DNA of 62,936 nucleotides, the filler included, from Octopus bimaculoides (taxonomy: Eukaryota): assembly GCF_001194135.2 (NCBI RefSeq). It is 9 parts of 8 records of this genome, joined end to end, with 100 filler letters (N's around TTAATTAATTAA, not from the genome) between each part and the next. Parts side by side here need not be neighbours in the genome. Positions count along the whole stretch, not along the records: positions 9,615 to 15,678 come from NC_068987.1; positions 15,779 to 18,455 come from NC_068999.1; positions 18,556 to 33,283 come from NC_068981.1; 6 more parts are not named here. One strand, given 5' to 3'. Both the position numbers and the translations under genes were made by a program. How positions within the stretch are numbered: the first letter of the stretch is position 1; each line of letters opens with the position of its first letter. The notes under the pieces are model-generated. The model did no database searches and was not told where the DNA came from. It saw only the letters and a list, made by a program, of their open reading frames with translations. Shown piece by piece: positions 11,701 through 25,320 of this stretch.

Positions 11701-12199
11701 TTGTCACTGCGCTAGTGAGCAACTTGAATTTTGCAAAGAACTTAAATGAATCCCAAAGAAAAACATACATACGTAAATACGTACAAAAATACGTACGTAC
11801 CTACATACATACATACATACATACATACATACACTGACTACCATCTCCATCATATGTAGATAGGAACAAATAAACGTGAAACTCATAGAGCAAACTTCTC
11901 TGCTCTTTTTTTAAGTTCCTATTATTTTTTTCCTCTGCACTGACGAGTACTTTGATATTTGCAAATTCTAAAATGAATTTATATCTATGTACGAAACAAT
12001 TGTATACATGAATAAACTTCTTACAACTTTTTAACATCTATTCTCCTCCATTTTTGACAAATATGATTGGATTTGCAGAACTTCATTCCATAAATTAATC
12101 ATATAATAATATATATACAGACAGACAGACAGACAGATCGCCTCTACCTAAATCGAAAACAGGGCCTTTGAATGCCGCATCATATTCATTCGGTAACAT

Positions 12200-13410
12200 C
12201 TTTTAACCACCAAGTATCGGAGTGCATCCCTTGACCAAGTTTGCATACATGAGGATGATTACATCATAAGACTTGGAAGGCAGCTACTTGAGCAACACTC
12301 TTTGTCTGATAATATAGAATACACGCCCAAAGAAGTCCCACAACTCTACCACAATATGTCATCAGATGAAAGGATGAGCCTGTATGAGCAGAAGACTATG
12401 AATGGATATGTTACTATAAAGCTCCTAATAGGCGGATTACTACCTCCCACTTTGAAGAGTATGCGTTTGCAATCCAGGAACAGGAAATATCAACCAAGCA
12501 CCTGATGCACAAAAGGGATAGAGATGCAGGTAAATCTGTAAAATGTGACAACTGATGCAGACTTTGTGTAGTTCACACTGACGATATCACCTACATCATA
12601 AGCAGTTGTCCGAAAATGTTATCACGGTGTTATCTACCGATGAAACATGACGTTTTAGCTAGCACACTCTATAATGAAATCCATCGGAAGGATAATCCCG
12701 AAGACAAAGAAATAAGAACCAACAGTATGGTAGAAGCCATAGCCACTCATAATAAAAAGGAATACTGGTGGAATGTACCAGTAAAGACCTCAATAAAATG
12801 TAATCACAACAGACCTGATATAATGATTTGGGACAGAGAAGAGAAACTGCGGAAATTAGATGCCCAGCGCATGTTAATATAAAGCTGAAGAGAAAAACTA
12901 TGCTGAACTATTGAAAAATCTGCAGTTACTCTATCCTGATTACAAGTTCAGCTTTATACAAGTTCAGCTGTAATTACTGGGGCCCTGGGATATGTAACAC
13001 GCTGCCTAAATACCAATCTTGAGAAATTGGGCTTCTCAAGACCAGAAAGAAGAAAGCTAATTCGAAGACCTCAGATCCAATCCATCACTGGAACTGTAAA
13101 AATCTGTAAAACTTTCCAGAAGTTTATCATTTAAATATATATGAGCATGTCTAGATATGCAACTATATGCAGGAGAATACATACATAAATCATACAAATC
13201 TGCACGTATACATACATACATACATACATACATACATACATACATACATACATACATACATACATACATGCATGCATGCATACAAAAATACCCTGTTGAT
13301 GTTGTTGAAATTCCAATGAAGAAGCCTTGGATCTAGGTTAGAAACCGGTTTATTTCTCTATTGGCAAGAAATCTTGAAATAAACTGAATAATGACATACA
13401 TACATACATA
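12200..13410 (+). mobile_element. R4/Dong-like LINE 3' part with 3'UTR and (ATAC)n tail
   Basis: CRLCVVHTDDITYIISSCPKM...YLPMKHDVLA, WWNVPVKT...NRPDIMIWDREEK, IITGALGYV...QSITGTVKICKTF; 3'UTR ends in gac(ATAC)n near 13393. Confidence 0.8.
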
Positions 13411-13419
13411 CATACATAC

Positions 13420-13580
13420 ATAGGTGGATTTGGTTATGAACCAATGAAATTGCACAAAAACTTAGAAAGGCTGGATTTCACGAGGAAAGAACAAAAGAAA
13501 CTGGTGCGGATTCTCCAAATCCAATCTATTTGTGGTATAGTGAAGATTTGTAAGACATTCCAAAAATTGTCTATCTGAAA
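13420..13580 (+). mobile_element. Second R4/Dong-like C-terminal fragment
   Basis: NLERLDFTRKEQKKLVRILQIQSICGIVKICKTFQK, paralogous to 13010-13130. Confidence 0.7.
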
Positions 13581-14144
13581 TTCTTATATGAATAGAGCAC
13601 ACACCTGGGTGTTCAACTAACACACCAACTCAACTATATATTTATAAACACCGGGAGCTCTTTTAACTCAAAAAGTCTTGTTGCTTTGTTAGCAACCGGC
13701 TTAAACTCTCTTAAGAACTTAAAACTCAAACAAAAATCATACATTAGCGGACACAACAGACGAAATATTAAACAAAGATACACCTCGAACAATCCAACGC
13801 TATGCAACAATCAAAGGAGAAACATGTGAATAGGCACAAAATCAACAAATCACAAAATTTCTTAATAGGAGTATGTAGAGCCATAGTGAAGAGCAATTAC
13901 ACGCCATGGGGGGGAGAGCGAACTCCGTATCTCATAGTGAAGACAACCTATCTAAGAAGACTATACTTTGGAAAAAACTGTGAAGCAGAAGATGCGGTGA
14001 CTGCTCACATATTCATATATATACGGCATGGCTGCGTAGCAGTATGATCAATTGCAAAGAGGAAAGTGGACGCTCTAGAACAACTTCAGAGAAAACAAAC
14101 CGTTAGCAGTAAACGTTCTGTTATGAATAAAACTGCTTTAAAAT

Positions 14145-14534
14145 GTTGTTGTTGTTGGCACTCCGTCGCTTACGACGTCGAGGGTTCCAGTTGATCCGAT
14201 CAACGGAACAGCCTGCTCGTGAAATTAACCTGCAATTGGCTGAGCACTCCACGGACACGTGTACCCTTAACGTAGTTCTCGGGGATATTCAGCGTGACAC
14301 AGTGTGACAAGGCTGACCCTTTGAATTACAAGTACAACAGAAACAGGAAGTAAGAGTGAGAGAAAGCTGTGGTGGAAGAGTACAGCAGGGTTCGCCACCA
14401 TCCCTTGCCGGAGCCTCGTGGAGTTTTAGATGTTTTCGCTCAATAAACACTCACAATGCCCGGTCTGGGAATCGAAACCGTGATCCTATGACCGCGAGTC
14501 TGCTGCCCTAACCACTGGACCATTGCGCCTCCAC
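14145..14534 (-). mobile_element. Full-length tRNA-derived SINE, family C, with (CAA)n tail and TSD
   Basis: Head GTGGAGGCGCAATGGTCCAGTGGTTAGG...GGTTTCGATTCCC; TSD GCTT(T/C)AAAAT at 14135-14144 and 14535-14544. Confidence 0.92.
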
Positions 14535-15079
14535 GCTTCAAAATAATAACTTTAAATAAACACACACACACATATATATGTGTGTGTGCGCACACACACA
14601 CATGTCTGGCTGGTGTTGTTATAAATTTGTCTTATTTATTTAAACCTGAGGTTTTGCTCTTATATGTTTTTTTTTCATTGACTGTAATCCTTGTTTCTGT
14701 CTTTTGTGGTCGTTTATTGTTCGTAATCAAAGTTTCACGCTGATCAGGATATTGTTATTTAACCCGAGCAGTTGTTATTCACATAATGTAAAAACAAAAA
14801 GAAAACAAATGCAGAACAATTGGACGTCTGCAAGAGTATTGTGTAAACAAAGTGACCTAAAGCCATATGATTGGAATTATTATTTTACTGTTCGTTGCCA
14901 GTTATCAACGTTCTTCGACTCTTTCTTCTGTCTATAATTCAGTTTTCGTGGGCGCGTGTTTGTGCGTATGCTTGGGTATGTGTTGTGTGTGTCTCTACGA
15001 ATATACGTGTACATTTGTGAGCACACAAACGCCTACACATAAATACGCACATGCACATATATAAGTATGTTTGTATGTA

Positions 15080-15122
<43 letters not shown>

Positions 15123-15190
15123 TTTTTGTGTGTGTAAGCATATATCTGTGCTTGTATTTATCTAGTTATACGATATGCATGTATACACAC

Positions 15191-15264
<74 letters not shown>

Positions 15265-15288
15265 ACGTATATATATATATATATAGAT

Positions 15289-15331
<43 letters not shown>

Positions 15332-15635
15332 TAGATATGTATGCATATATATATACATATATATACATGCACATAAAGGGAGTGTGTGTGAGAGAGAGAG
15401 AGAATTGCAAATATATATTTATGTATGTATGTATGTATGTATGTATGTATGTATGTATACATTTGCATTCTGGCTAACAGAAAATAACCCAAGTCAGTTT
15501 TCTGCATACTAAACATAGCATCGTGAGTCGAAACATTTCGAACGACTGAAATTAACCAACACAAAATTAGATCAGAGGAATCTTTTGTCTCTACTACTTA
15601 TTTGGAAAATCATACTATACTACATACATGTGATC

Positions 15636-15678
<43 letters not shown>

Positions 15679-16228
15679 NNNNNNNNNNNNNNNNNNNNNN
15701 NNNNNNNNNNNNNNNNNNNNNNTTAATTAATTAANNNNNNNNNNNNNNNNNNNNNNNNNNNNNNNNNNNNNNNNNNNNATATATATAAGCATGTATACAT
15801 GCATACGTACATATGTTCATATGTGTGTGAGTATGTATATATTTATACTTGTATATACGCAGAAACACAGACCAGACGCATATATACACGCACGCACACA
15901 CACCTAGACACACAGACACACACACACGCCAGCGCAATCAGTCAGAGAATTGTATTAAAACCGAGCGAATCCTGAATGTTAATGCGAAACAACGATAGAT
16001 TTTCCCAATATCTCTCTACAGAATCAAATCCAGTTGTTAACAATTTTTACCTTAGGCGTCATCATTTATCTTAATGGATATACTTCCGATTGAACCCGTA
16101 CCTTCTAAATAGTAATATCACATCAATATACAACCTTCTTAAATTGTTTTTCTGTTGTTGTTTGTTTATTGTTGCTTTTCGTTATTTGCTATTCACAATA
16201 TCATTATACTAACGTTTTTTTGCTTTCG

Positions 16229-16244
16229 TCTTTATTATTATTAC

Positions 16245-16290
<46 letters not shown>

Positions 16291-16320
16291 GTAGTTGTTG
16301 TTGTTGTTGTTGTTATTACA
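16229..16320. repeat. (TAT)n/(GTT)n microsatellite
   Basis: Direct reading. Confidence 0.95.
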
Positions 16321-16619
16321 TGAGAGAGTGGTTCATGCCGACATAGTGACACTGGGGTACAAATATATGAAGCCCAATATACCCATCATGACTAGCCGTC
16401 TGACAAGGGTAATCAAGGCACGTGCATCACAATCATACGCGCGCGATATGGTGATCTCACATAAAGATAAACTGCGCATGACCTGGGACCCATTTAGAAT
16501 TTCCTTCGGGTCGAGTAGCCCATCCCACCCGAAAGGTCCCTGAATAAGCGTGGTCTAAGAATTATGAACGAAACACACGTGTTTCTAGAGATGAATTATT
16601 CAGATCCCAAAGTTTCCCT

Positions 16620-16825
16620 CTCGGCCCATGGCTATGCTGCTCCTCAACTACTGTGTGTAAGGTTTGCTACGGTAGCTCATGCAAATGGGCTGAATATCAG
16701 CTCCAAGAAGACTGAAGATTTATTCCAACCAAAGCCTGGAAGAACATAGTCAAGATACAAATGTGATGATTGACAATAAGCCACTCAAATGGTTCAGATC
16801 ATTTAAGCATCATGGAAGTACAGTA
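16620..16825 (+). mobile_element. RTE (BovB-like) RT fragment
   Basis: RFATVAHANGLNISSKKTEDLFQPKPG...KPLKWFRSFKHHGST, matching the RFA..FGLTISLKKTEV.HQP.PG / F.YLGS pattern. Confidence 0.7.
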
Positions 16826-16965
<140 letters not shown>

Positions 16966-17648
16966 GAATCTATCAATATATATATATAATAATATAAATA
17001 ATATATAAATATATGCATATATCCATACATATATATATATATACATACCAACATTTATATGTATACATACATGCATATATGGGTACAGGACATCACAAAA
17101 AGACGTATATATATATATATATCAATGTGTGAGTGTGTGTGTGTGTGTGTGTGTGTAGATTTGTACATACACACATAGGAATGGGAAGGACAGATACCGT
17201 ATAACCAGTAGCGTAATAAGACAAGTTCTTTATAAAACTCTTTAGCTCAGAGAAAAACCGAGCCAACATTTAATTTTCACTTAATGAGAGAACAAGGGCC
17301 TTTGTGGGTCTTTGAACTGGAGTAGTTTGTCAACGGTACGAAGAAGGCAAACACCTAAAACTCCTTAGATAATCTTAGTCTTCTTTACGTTTCAAAATGT
17401 CATTTACAATGCCAGTCTTTTATCATCAAAACAAGGCCGCCATCTTGGTTGTTCTTTCATGTTTGTGGACTTCTAACAAAACGTAAATAAGCCACTGCGG
17501 GCTTGTTGGTCAAATCAACGTTGATCTATCTATCTGGCCGACTGATTGATAGCCACATAATCCACTCTCACTCCCTCCACCTCTCTGCTACACATGCATA
17601 TAATTTGATATAAACGTGTGTATGTGTGTGAATATGTATGTATATATG

Positions 17649-17683
<35 letters not shown>

Positions 17684-17887
17684 CATACATACNNNNNNNN
17701 NNTATATATATATATATATATATAATACACACACACATATCATGTACATTTGTCTATGTATATATATCCGTATAAATCAATAATAGCGTACCTATTTATC
17801 TTTCTATAGGTCCGCCTGTCTCTCTATCGTTCTACTTATATACTTACCTAGCTGTCATTTTATCATTCTGTCACTTTATTTAGCGAT

Positions 17888-17959
<72 letters not shown>

Positions 17960-18404
17960 TTATCTAGCTCGTTCTGACTGTGTATATACCTAATATTTCA
18001 CTCATTTGATAAATAAGTTTCTAATCGTCTTACTCTATGTATGTATATATGTATGTATGTATGTACGAATGTAGGTACGTACGTACGCATCTATATAAAT
18101 ATGTTTGTCTGTATGTATATATGCATGTATGTACGTATAGTTGTTTGTAGCATCTGTATACGTTTCCATACTCTTTCTCTGTCCTGCCTCTTTTACCCGT
18201 TTCGTCTATCTAGATATAATTCCAACTACTTTTTCAAAAGTAGGTTTGCAGTTATTCAACTATCTCTTTCGCATTCATATATTAACAGTTTAGATCCTAA
18301 CTACGAAAAATTATATAAAACTATTATTCTATGCTAATTTAGTTAATTGTAAGATAGAAATTTAAATGTAATAAAATGTTTTAAAAGAAATTTAAAGTGC
18401 TTAC

Positions 18405-18439
18405 GTGATAACTGTAAGCCTACTTTTAGGCCACCCTGT
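18405..18439. mobile_element. Tc1/mariner-type TIR end
   Basis: Reverse complement TA-CAGGGTGGCCTAAAAGTAGG, next to a TA run. Confidence 0.4.
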
Positions 18440-19107
18440 ATATATATATATATATNNNNNNNNNNNNNNNNNNNNNNNNNNNNNNNNNNNNNNNNNNNNT
18501 TAATTAATTAANNNNNNNNNNNNNNNNNNNNNNNNNNNNNNNNNNNNNNNNNNNNCACCCTTAAAGATGAAGAATTATTTATCTTCTTCTACAAGGGCGG
18601 GGAGGTGGAAAAAATAATGGAGGAACACAAAGAGACAGTAGATATGGCCTGCACACGGGATCCCGAATGACCTCCGCAGATAGCTGCGAAGGTCATAAGG
18701 TTTTCAGTGTGGGAAAAGCTGAAAAGACCGAAAAAGGAATGTTGCATATGGCCGGGTGGCTATAACATGACATATGCTTTGTACATGAATGAGGCATAGG
18801 AAATGGCCAACATGGGAAATGTGCCAACACCCAAAATTCTAGCATCTCACTAACATGCAGAGTGGATGAGAAGACTTTCTTGAGAGGACTAATATCTCAA
18901 TTTTCGCAACACTAATTCTCATCCCTACAATGCAGCGAACCTATTCAATATATGTTGGAGATCACCTTCCGATGAGTCATGTCATCTACAAATATCAACC
19001 GATCGATCCTACAACCAACGATTGTGATACCACTTACACAACGGTTGTGCATTTCAATCTAGTTCATAAAAATTCGCACTGTAAGTTAAAATATCTTTTA
19101 TCTTTTA

Positions 19108-19490
19108 CATGTTTCAGTCATTAGGCTGCGACCATGTTGGGGTACCGCCTTGAAGAATTTTTAGTCGAATGAATCGAACCCGTACTTATTTTTTAAACCA
19201 TGGTACTTATTCTTTTTTTACCGAACCGCTAAGTGTAAACGGTGGTGTAAACATAAGCGGTTGTCAAGCAGTGGTGGTAGGAGAAACAAATACAAAGACA
19301 CGCACACACACACTCATACACACACACCACACACACATATATACGACTGGCTTCTTTCAGTTTCTGTCTACCAAATCCACTCTCAAGGCTTTGGTCTGCC
19401 TTAGGCTATAGCAGAAGACACTTGCCCAAGGTGGCACGTGGCGGGACTGAACCTAGAACCATGTGGTTGGGAAGCAAACTTCTTACCACA
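19108..19490 (-). mobile_element. SINE family A
   Basis: Colinear with 52-406. Confidence 0.9.
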
Positions 19491-20038
19491 AGGTCAGGCT
19501 TGCTCCTATTATGTTTAAAGTTTAAAATTTTAGAATAAAATATTAGAATATTTTGTTTTATTAATCCTACTTATGTATAATAGAGTTATGAATAACATGT
19601 TTTTCAAGATGTTAAAACATTATTATAGGTTTTCTAATTCTTTAAATTAGACTTTTAGAAATCTATAGTAGAAGTAGAAATACCTCTTACGGCGTACTTA
19701 GAAGCCACTGCTCAAGATAATTAACTTCTGTTAAATTTTTTGTTATAAATATTCTCTAGCAAATGTTTTTACTCGCATCCATACAAGCAAGCTTGTATTA
19801 CATATCTATCGTGGCTTCATAATATGAATATTTTATTAAAAAAAAAAAAAGCATTCATATTAATACATTTTCTGATTACCACGTCCATATTCATACATTT
19901 CCGGATTATCTACAAAAATATTTTTTTTTTGTCGAAAGTTACTTTATTTATTTTATCAACAATTACACGCATGTGTTATATTGAACAGGAATTTTCGGTC
20001 ACGGGAAACTTGACATTCTTAAATAAGAAATAGTTTAC

Positions 20039-20102
20039 CTGGAGTTATCTCCGTACAAATGTCGAACTACAGCGTATATCGATGCTGGCAAAACAGGTAC
20101 AA
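20039..20102 (-). CDS. Class B1 GPCR exon: TM4-start of ECL2
   Basis: Acceptor tttattttatctag, donor GTAAAC, 64 nt, phase 1 to 2. (V)VPVLPASIYAVVRHLYGDNS(R/S) matches the short [20 protein letters not shown] exon of calcitonin receptors. Not in the ORF track. Confidence 0.88.
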
Positions 20103-21090
20103 CTAGATAAAATAAATAAATGAATAGATAATTTTAAAAAAATAAGCAAAATAAAATCTTCATTTACTTACAAAGGTAACATACTGGATATGAAACTTAA
20201 CTCGTATATATATTTTCTCTTTTCTTATTACCACAAAGAATACATAACATTAATTTCTCGAAATAGTTTTCAAAGCCAACACAGTATTTTACCGAAGGAC
20301 GAAAAAAATTTCCATTATCTAGTCACTGATGTTTACCATTCAAATTTCTCACATTTCAGTACAAGGATAATTTTTTCAAATGGTGTTTATACTTCAGATA
20401 TCTTTCTGTATTTCGTAGTTCTAAGAACTTAATGCCAAATGAAACGATTAGCCTAACCAGAGGAAACCACGAAAGAAAGCAGATCAGAATTTAATAATGT
20501 CCATTGCCATAGTTATGAATTCCGTTGCTTTAAGCTCTAATCTTTAGAACCCAACTCCATGATTATCATGATCAATCATTTTCTTTCCTTCTTTTCATTA
20601 TATCTGAATCACCCATCTTCCCTCTCTGAAAAGGATCAAATGATTTTATACGTATGTTGTTTATATATGAACCTTTATCACCAGGAAAAATATCTTAAGG
20701 CATTTTGTCCGATAGTCTAACAATTCTGCCGTCAGACAAAGTCCTTATTCAGTTAGGGCATTTCATTATATCTGAATTACCGATCTCTCCTCTCTAAAGA
20801 TTTAATTATTTTAATTAAAGGACAAAATGCTTCTATACGTATGTTGCAAATATATAAACGTGTTTTGTATTGTTATAAGTAACAGTGTTTGAAAGAAACG
20901 GTGGGATGTATTTGTATTGCATTGCGTTTTAAGGATAATTGACACATGGCATATTTCGTAGTATCACCAGAGAAGATACTCAATCAGCCAAGCAAGCAAT
21001 CTGACATAACAAAACCAAAGCTTATGATTTCTGGGTGAATGAATGGAGAAATGTCGATAGTAGCAAACAGAAATGAATGAAAAAGCTTAC

Positions 21091-21244
21091 CCCATCCTAA
21101 TACACAGCAGACTTTTAAGAGGTAGTGTTCGATTGTGAAGGTTTGTATAATGACTACATTCATGAAGAGACCTTCACAGAACATCCAGTAGTAATTACAC
21201 GTTGTCATATACTGTGTTAACACATGAACCAAGCGGCACCAGAA
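21091..21244 (-). CDS. Class B1 GPCR exon: TM3-ICL2-start of TM4
   Basis: Acceptor ttttgcag, donor GTAAGC, 154 nt, phase 0 to 1. FWCRLVHVLTQYMTTCNYYWMFCEGLFMNVVIIQTFTIEHYLLKVCCVLGW carries the C..., NYxWMxCEG and LGW hallmarks. In frame with the upstream exon. Confidence 0.95.
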
Positions 21245-21515
21245 CTGCAAAATATATATTTTGAATTTTACACTTTATTTGACACTTAAAGATTTGGTTT
21301 TATAAAGAACAAGAAAACTCGCTGTAGCATTCTAAGGAAATTATCACATACATAGGATAAAGCTGTTTCACTTCTTGTATACTTACGCCCCACCCCTACT
21401 TCGCTACAGGTCAGGAATTTTGATTGGTTGATTCTTTAAAAGCATTATCAAAGATGTGATATCTTATTTTCATTGTCCCTTCTGATCCTAAAACTCCAAC
21501 ATTGCCTATAATAAA

Positions 21516-21717
21516 GGTTTCAAATTTTGGCACAAGGTCTGAAATTTTGAGGAAGGAGACTAGTCGATTACATCGACCCCAGCACTCAACTAGTATTCAT
21601 TTTATCGACCCTAAAAGGATGAAAAGCAAAGTCGATCTCTGCGGGGTTTGAACTCAGAACGTAAGGACGGACGAATTGCTACTAAACATTTTACATTGTG
21701 TTACCATCTCGCCGCCT
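21516..21717 (-). mobile_element. SINE family B
   Basis: Same family consensus. Confidence 0.85.
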
Positions 21718-22544
21718 TCACAGTGTCTATAATAATAGGACGGAAACTATTTCCAACTTTTGTTGGGGTGAGTGACTTGCAATGATTTAGTAGTAAATCT
21801 TCACGACCCTTTCTGGAACCACAAAAGGTGAAAAACTTCTGTGTAAATACACTTCTTCGGATCTCTCTCTTTCTCTCTCTCTCTACCTGCTCCCTCTCTC
21901 CCTATCTTTCTTCCCCCTGTATATACATATGCAATTTTATCTCTTCCGTGTTGCAGACGTATGCAGCCGTAAAAATTGATTTTTTTCCAGATGTATATTA
22001 GACTATGTCATCAAATGTGTGCATTACGTTTATAGGACGGGGTAATCTGGTTATGTTTTACTGAAGTGTGAATGAATAATGCATCTGATGTAAGGATTAT
22101 CTGGAAGCAGGGTTTTCAACCTCGTTTGATTATAAGCAAAATGATATCTGACCCCTATAACATACTCTATCAAGGAACCAAATAGATTAAGAACCTGCAC
22201 TATCCTAGATAAGTACAACAAATTCAACAGAATAATAACAACGAGCAGAGAGTAACGTGAGAAGGAAAGCATTTAACACAACCGAAAAGCTTCACTTGTC
22301 AGCCACCTATCAGATATCAATATGATTTTGCTACCTCAATATAAGAATATACATATAGCTTTAAATTTTAAATTCTTGCTTTTGAAAATATGTTCTAAAC
22401 GACATTATATGTTGTGTTAGAACTAAAATGGTCGCAAAATGTCACCTATTGTCACACACACATTAAATTTGTCGTTTGATGACCTCCTACTCCACCTCTC
22501 TCTTGTTTCTGTGACGATGAACAAATACGCATTTTAATTATGAC

Positions 22545-22690
22545 TTCTAATATAGGCACAAGAAGTCAATACGTGATTGGTACTTTATTGTATCGACCTA
22601 TGAAGGATGAATGTCAAAGCCCCTAGGCGGGATTCGAACTCAGAACATATATGGTCAGGACATATATCTGAAGGCGTTTTGTCCCAAGAC
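22545..22690 (-). mobile_element. SINE family B, degraded
   Basis: ggcacaag...ggtacttt...gaactcagaac. Confidence 0.65.
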
Positions 22691-22874
22691 AAAATGCGTA
22701 TTTAGAGCTTTTTACGTTATGAATCCGCGTCAGGTCGTAGTCAATTTTGCATTCCAAACTTCCGTGATCTGTGAAAGAGTAAAGTATTAGTTGCGTACTA
22801 GTTCGATATAATTGATTATACTTCGCTCTCCAAAATGTGTGACCTTGTGCTAATGCTTAGACATCAGTAATATC

Positions 22875-23006
22875 GGTTTCAAATATTGGCACAAGGTCAG
22901 TAATTTTAGAGGAAGGGGTAAGTCGATTACATCAACCCCAGTGTTCAACTGGTACTTATTTTATCGACCCCGAAAATATAAAAGGCAAAGTTGACCTCGG
23001 TGGAAT
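22875..23006 (-). mobile_element. SINE family B 3' part
   Basis: Same family consensus. Confidence 0.85.
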
Positions 23007-23009
23007 GCC

Positions 23010-23440
23010 TGCTAATAATGGTATGTTTCCGTATAACACGCAATTAAGTAAATACTGTTCCCAAGAAACGTTCTTCGCCTTCCTTATACACTTGGTGTGT
23101 ATTCCATTTGATATATTTTCAATTGTTTTCGTAAGTGTTCGGCATTTAGATCCATATGTCAATGTTATCCATAACAACTCTAAAAGACGATTGATTTTGT
23201 TTCTTATATTGCGGACATTTTGTTCATTGCTGATCATACCAATTAAGTTCCTACTCCACTCTTCTCTTTGAGCTTTCTTTCTATCTCCGATCCTAAATAT
23301 TCGCAGTCATTTACAAATTTCAAGTTGGCACTCTTTGATGACTTAATGTCTTCTTTTAGTTGATGGAAAACCGTAACCTCCTTCTTATCATCATTGAGAT
23401 ATAGTCCAATCTATTTTACAGTCTTATCAATTAGTTGAAG
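23010..23440 (-). mobile_element. RTE-clade RT fragment
   Basis: LKFVNDCEYLGS...LTYGSKCRTLTKTIEN...TKCIRKAKNVSWEQYLLNCVLYGNIP. Confidence 0.7.
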
Positions 23441-23851
23441 TAGGAGTTAAGCTTCTTTGATGGTATTAAAAGTAAGAGTTTTATCATAATCTGTATATAG
23501 TTTCAGAATGATAAGCGAAATCTCTCTCAAATCATGTCTTAGAACAGGTCACGTTGATTAACGTGGGTCTGGGCTACCTGCACGTAAAAAAGGCGGGTTG
23601 ACCACGGCTAGATCACTTTTGATTATGAGTCTTCTTTGTCAAAGCTGACCTGATGCTCACCAACAACGAACGTAACAGGCTTTTGTTGATATTGTGGCGG
23701 CTGCATCAAAATGTTTGAACTGATAAGCAAGGACCAAAACTGTGTGATAGATTGCTATAGGTTCATAGTATGAATCCCGTCCCCTGCGGTACAAACGTCA
23801 CCATAAATAAAAAAAAAGACAACAAACTCTGTATTGGTAACCTTGGCTGCT

Positions 23852-23852
23852 G

Positions 23853-23903
<51 letters not shown>
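23852..23903. repeat. (CTA)n microsatellite; also 30979-31041
   Basis: Direct reading. Confidence 0.95.
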
Positions 23904-23906
<3 letters not shown>

Positions 23907-24039
23907 GGTCCCTTTACGATTTTATGTTTGTTTTTCCCTTCACCCATTCTCGAAGTCCCTTAAAAACGTCTTAGGTGCTGCCTTTCATCCTGTAAATATG
24001 CCATTAATGTAACAGATTTAATATCGAGTACATTACGTA

Positions 24040-24250
24040 AGTCGGCGAGCTAGCAGGATCGTCACTGTGCCCGGAAAAAAAAGGCGTAGCGGCATTTCTT
24101 CCGACTTGATGTTCTGAGTTCAAATGCCGACCTTGCCGTTCATCCTTTCTGGGTCGATAAAATAAGTATCAGCTGAGCACTGGAGTCGATGTAATCGACT
24201 TACCCACTCCTTCGAAATCACTGGCCTTGTGCCAAAATGTGAAACCAATA
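24040..24250 (+). mobile_element. SINE family B
   Basis: ggcgagctagcagg...gttctgagttcaaat...cctttctgggtcgataaaataagta...ggccttgtgcc. Confidence 0.85.
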
Positions 24251-25129
24251 TCGAGTGTATTACTGGTTATTATTGATTTTCCAAGGAGCGAAAGGTACAG
24301 TCCACTGCAGCCTGATTTAAACTCAGAATACGAGATTAAATACTACTAGACAATATTTAGCACTTTACCCCAACCATTGCACCGTCCTAACAACATCAAT
24401 ATCAAAATGTCGACAGGCTAACTAAATCTATGTACAACAGAAAATTACAGAGATCAGATTAATGAGGAGCAGATTCTCACTTATAATCACAGACCTATCA
24501 TTATAGATTTGCTCTTGTATTTCATGGATAACAGCAGAAAGATATAAATATCGACCTGCTTGTGACCATAAGGTTATTTCTATTTAACGTTGTCATTAAT
24601 GTTGTTTATGATTTGCTGTTTATTTGTTGTTCTAAGTGTTGGTTTGAAGTTGTTCTCGTTTTCGGTTTTTTGATATTTTTCTCATCTTTGATTTCGTTGT
24701 TATTCAAGACATTTGTTGGTTTGAAGTTACTTTCGTTGTTGTAGAGTCTTCTGAAGCGTCTGGATATAAACGAGCATTTGAGCTGAGGAGTTAACATTGA
24801 AATAAAAAATATATATTTATAAACAAATACAAACGACAACAGTAACATCAAACATAAACACGACCAAGTATCTGACGTCTCTGGAAACGTTGACGTGATT
24901 GTAAGAGGTGATTAAATAATACACTAATGAATCTTTCTATGTCAAAAATATCTTTCTTTGCCTTGAATTTTCCCCTTTCTTTTCTTGTATTTTGTATTTC
25001 GTTTATCATTGTAGTTGTAAATGGCTCAAACGAAAGAGAACGAGAGGAGGATATAGAAAGAAAGAAGGGGGAACGGAGAGAAATGATAAATGATAATTTA
25101 TTAACTGAGATGTGGAGGAAAATGTAAGA

Positions 25130-25286
25130 GAAGCTTCTTTCAGTTTCCGTCTACCAAATCCACTCACAAGGCTTTGGTCGGCCCGAGGATATAGTACAAG
25201 ACTCTTGCCCAAAGTTCCATGCAGTGGGACTGAATCCGGAACCATGTGGTTGGGAGGTAAGCTTTTTATCTCACAGCCACACCTGC
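25130..25286 (-). mobile_element. SINE family A head
   Basis: Matches the head of 52-406. Confidence 0.9.
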
Positions 25287-25320
25287 GCCTCTCTCTTTTC
25301 TCTCTTTTTCTCTCTTTTTA

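Noticed and set aside
13640-14130. Possible Penelope GIY-YIG remnant (KSYI..KQRYTS)
   Set aside because: Too degenerate to support without a search.
15460-15545. ORF beginning MCWLIS as the missing CW exon
   Set aside because: The CW codons lie upstream of the only good acceptor, and the spliced frame does not fit.
17437-17446. Perfect YY1 motif CCGCCATCTT
   Set aside because: Isolated, with no other promoter signals or downstream donor; lies in probable repeat-derived DNA.
19691-19727. Exon-like EVNYLEQWLLSTP as a possible ECL2/TM5 exon
   Set aside because: Incompatible with the required phase 2 (immediate stop) and lacks the conserved CW.
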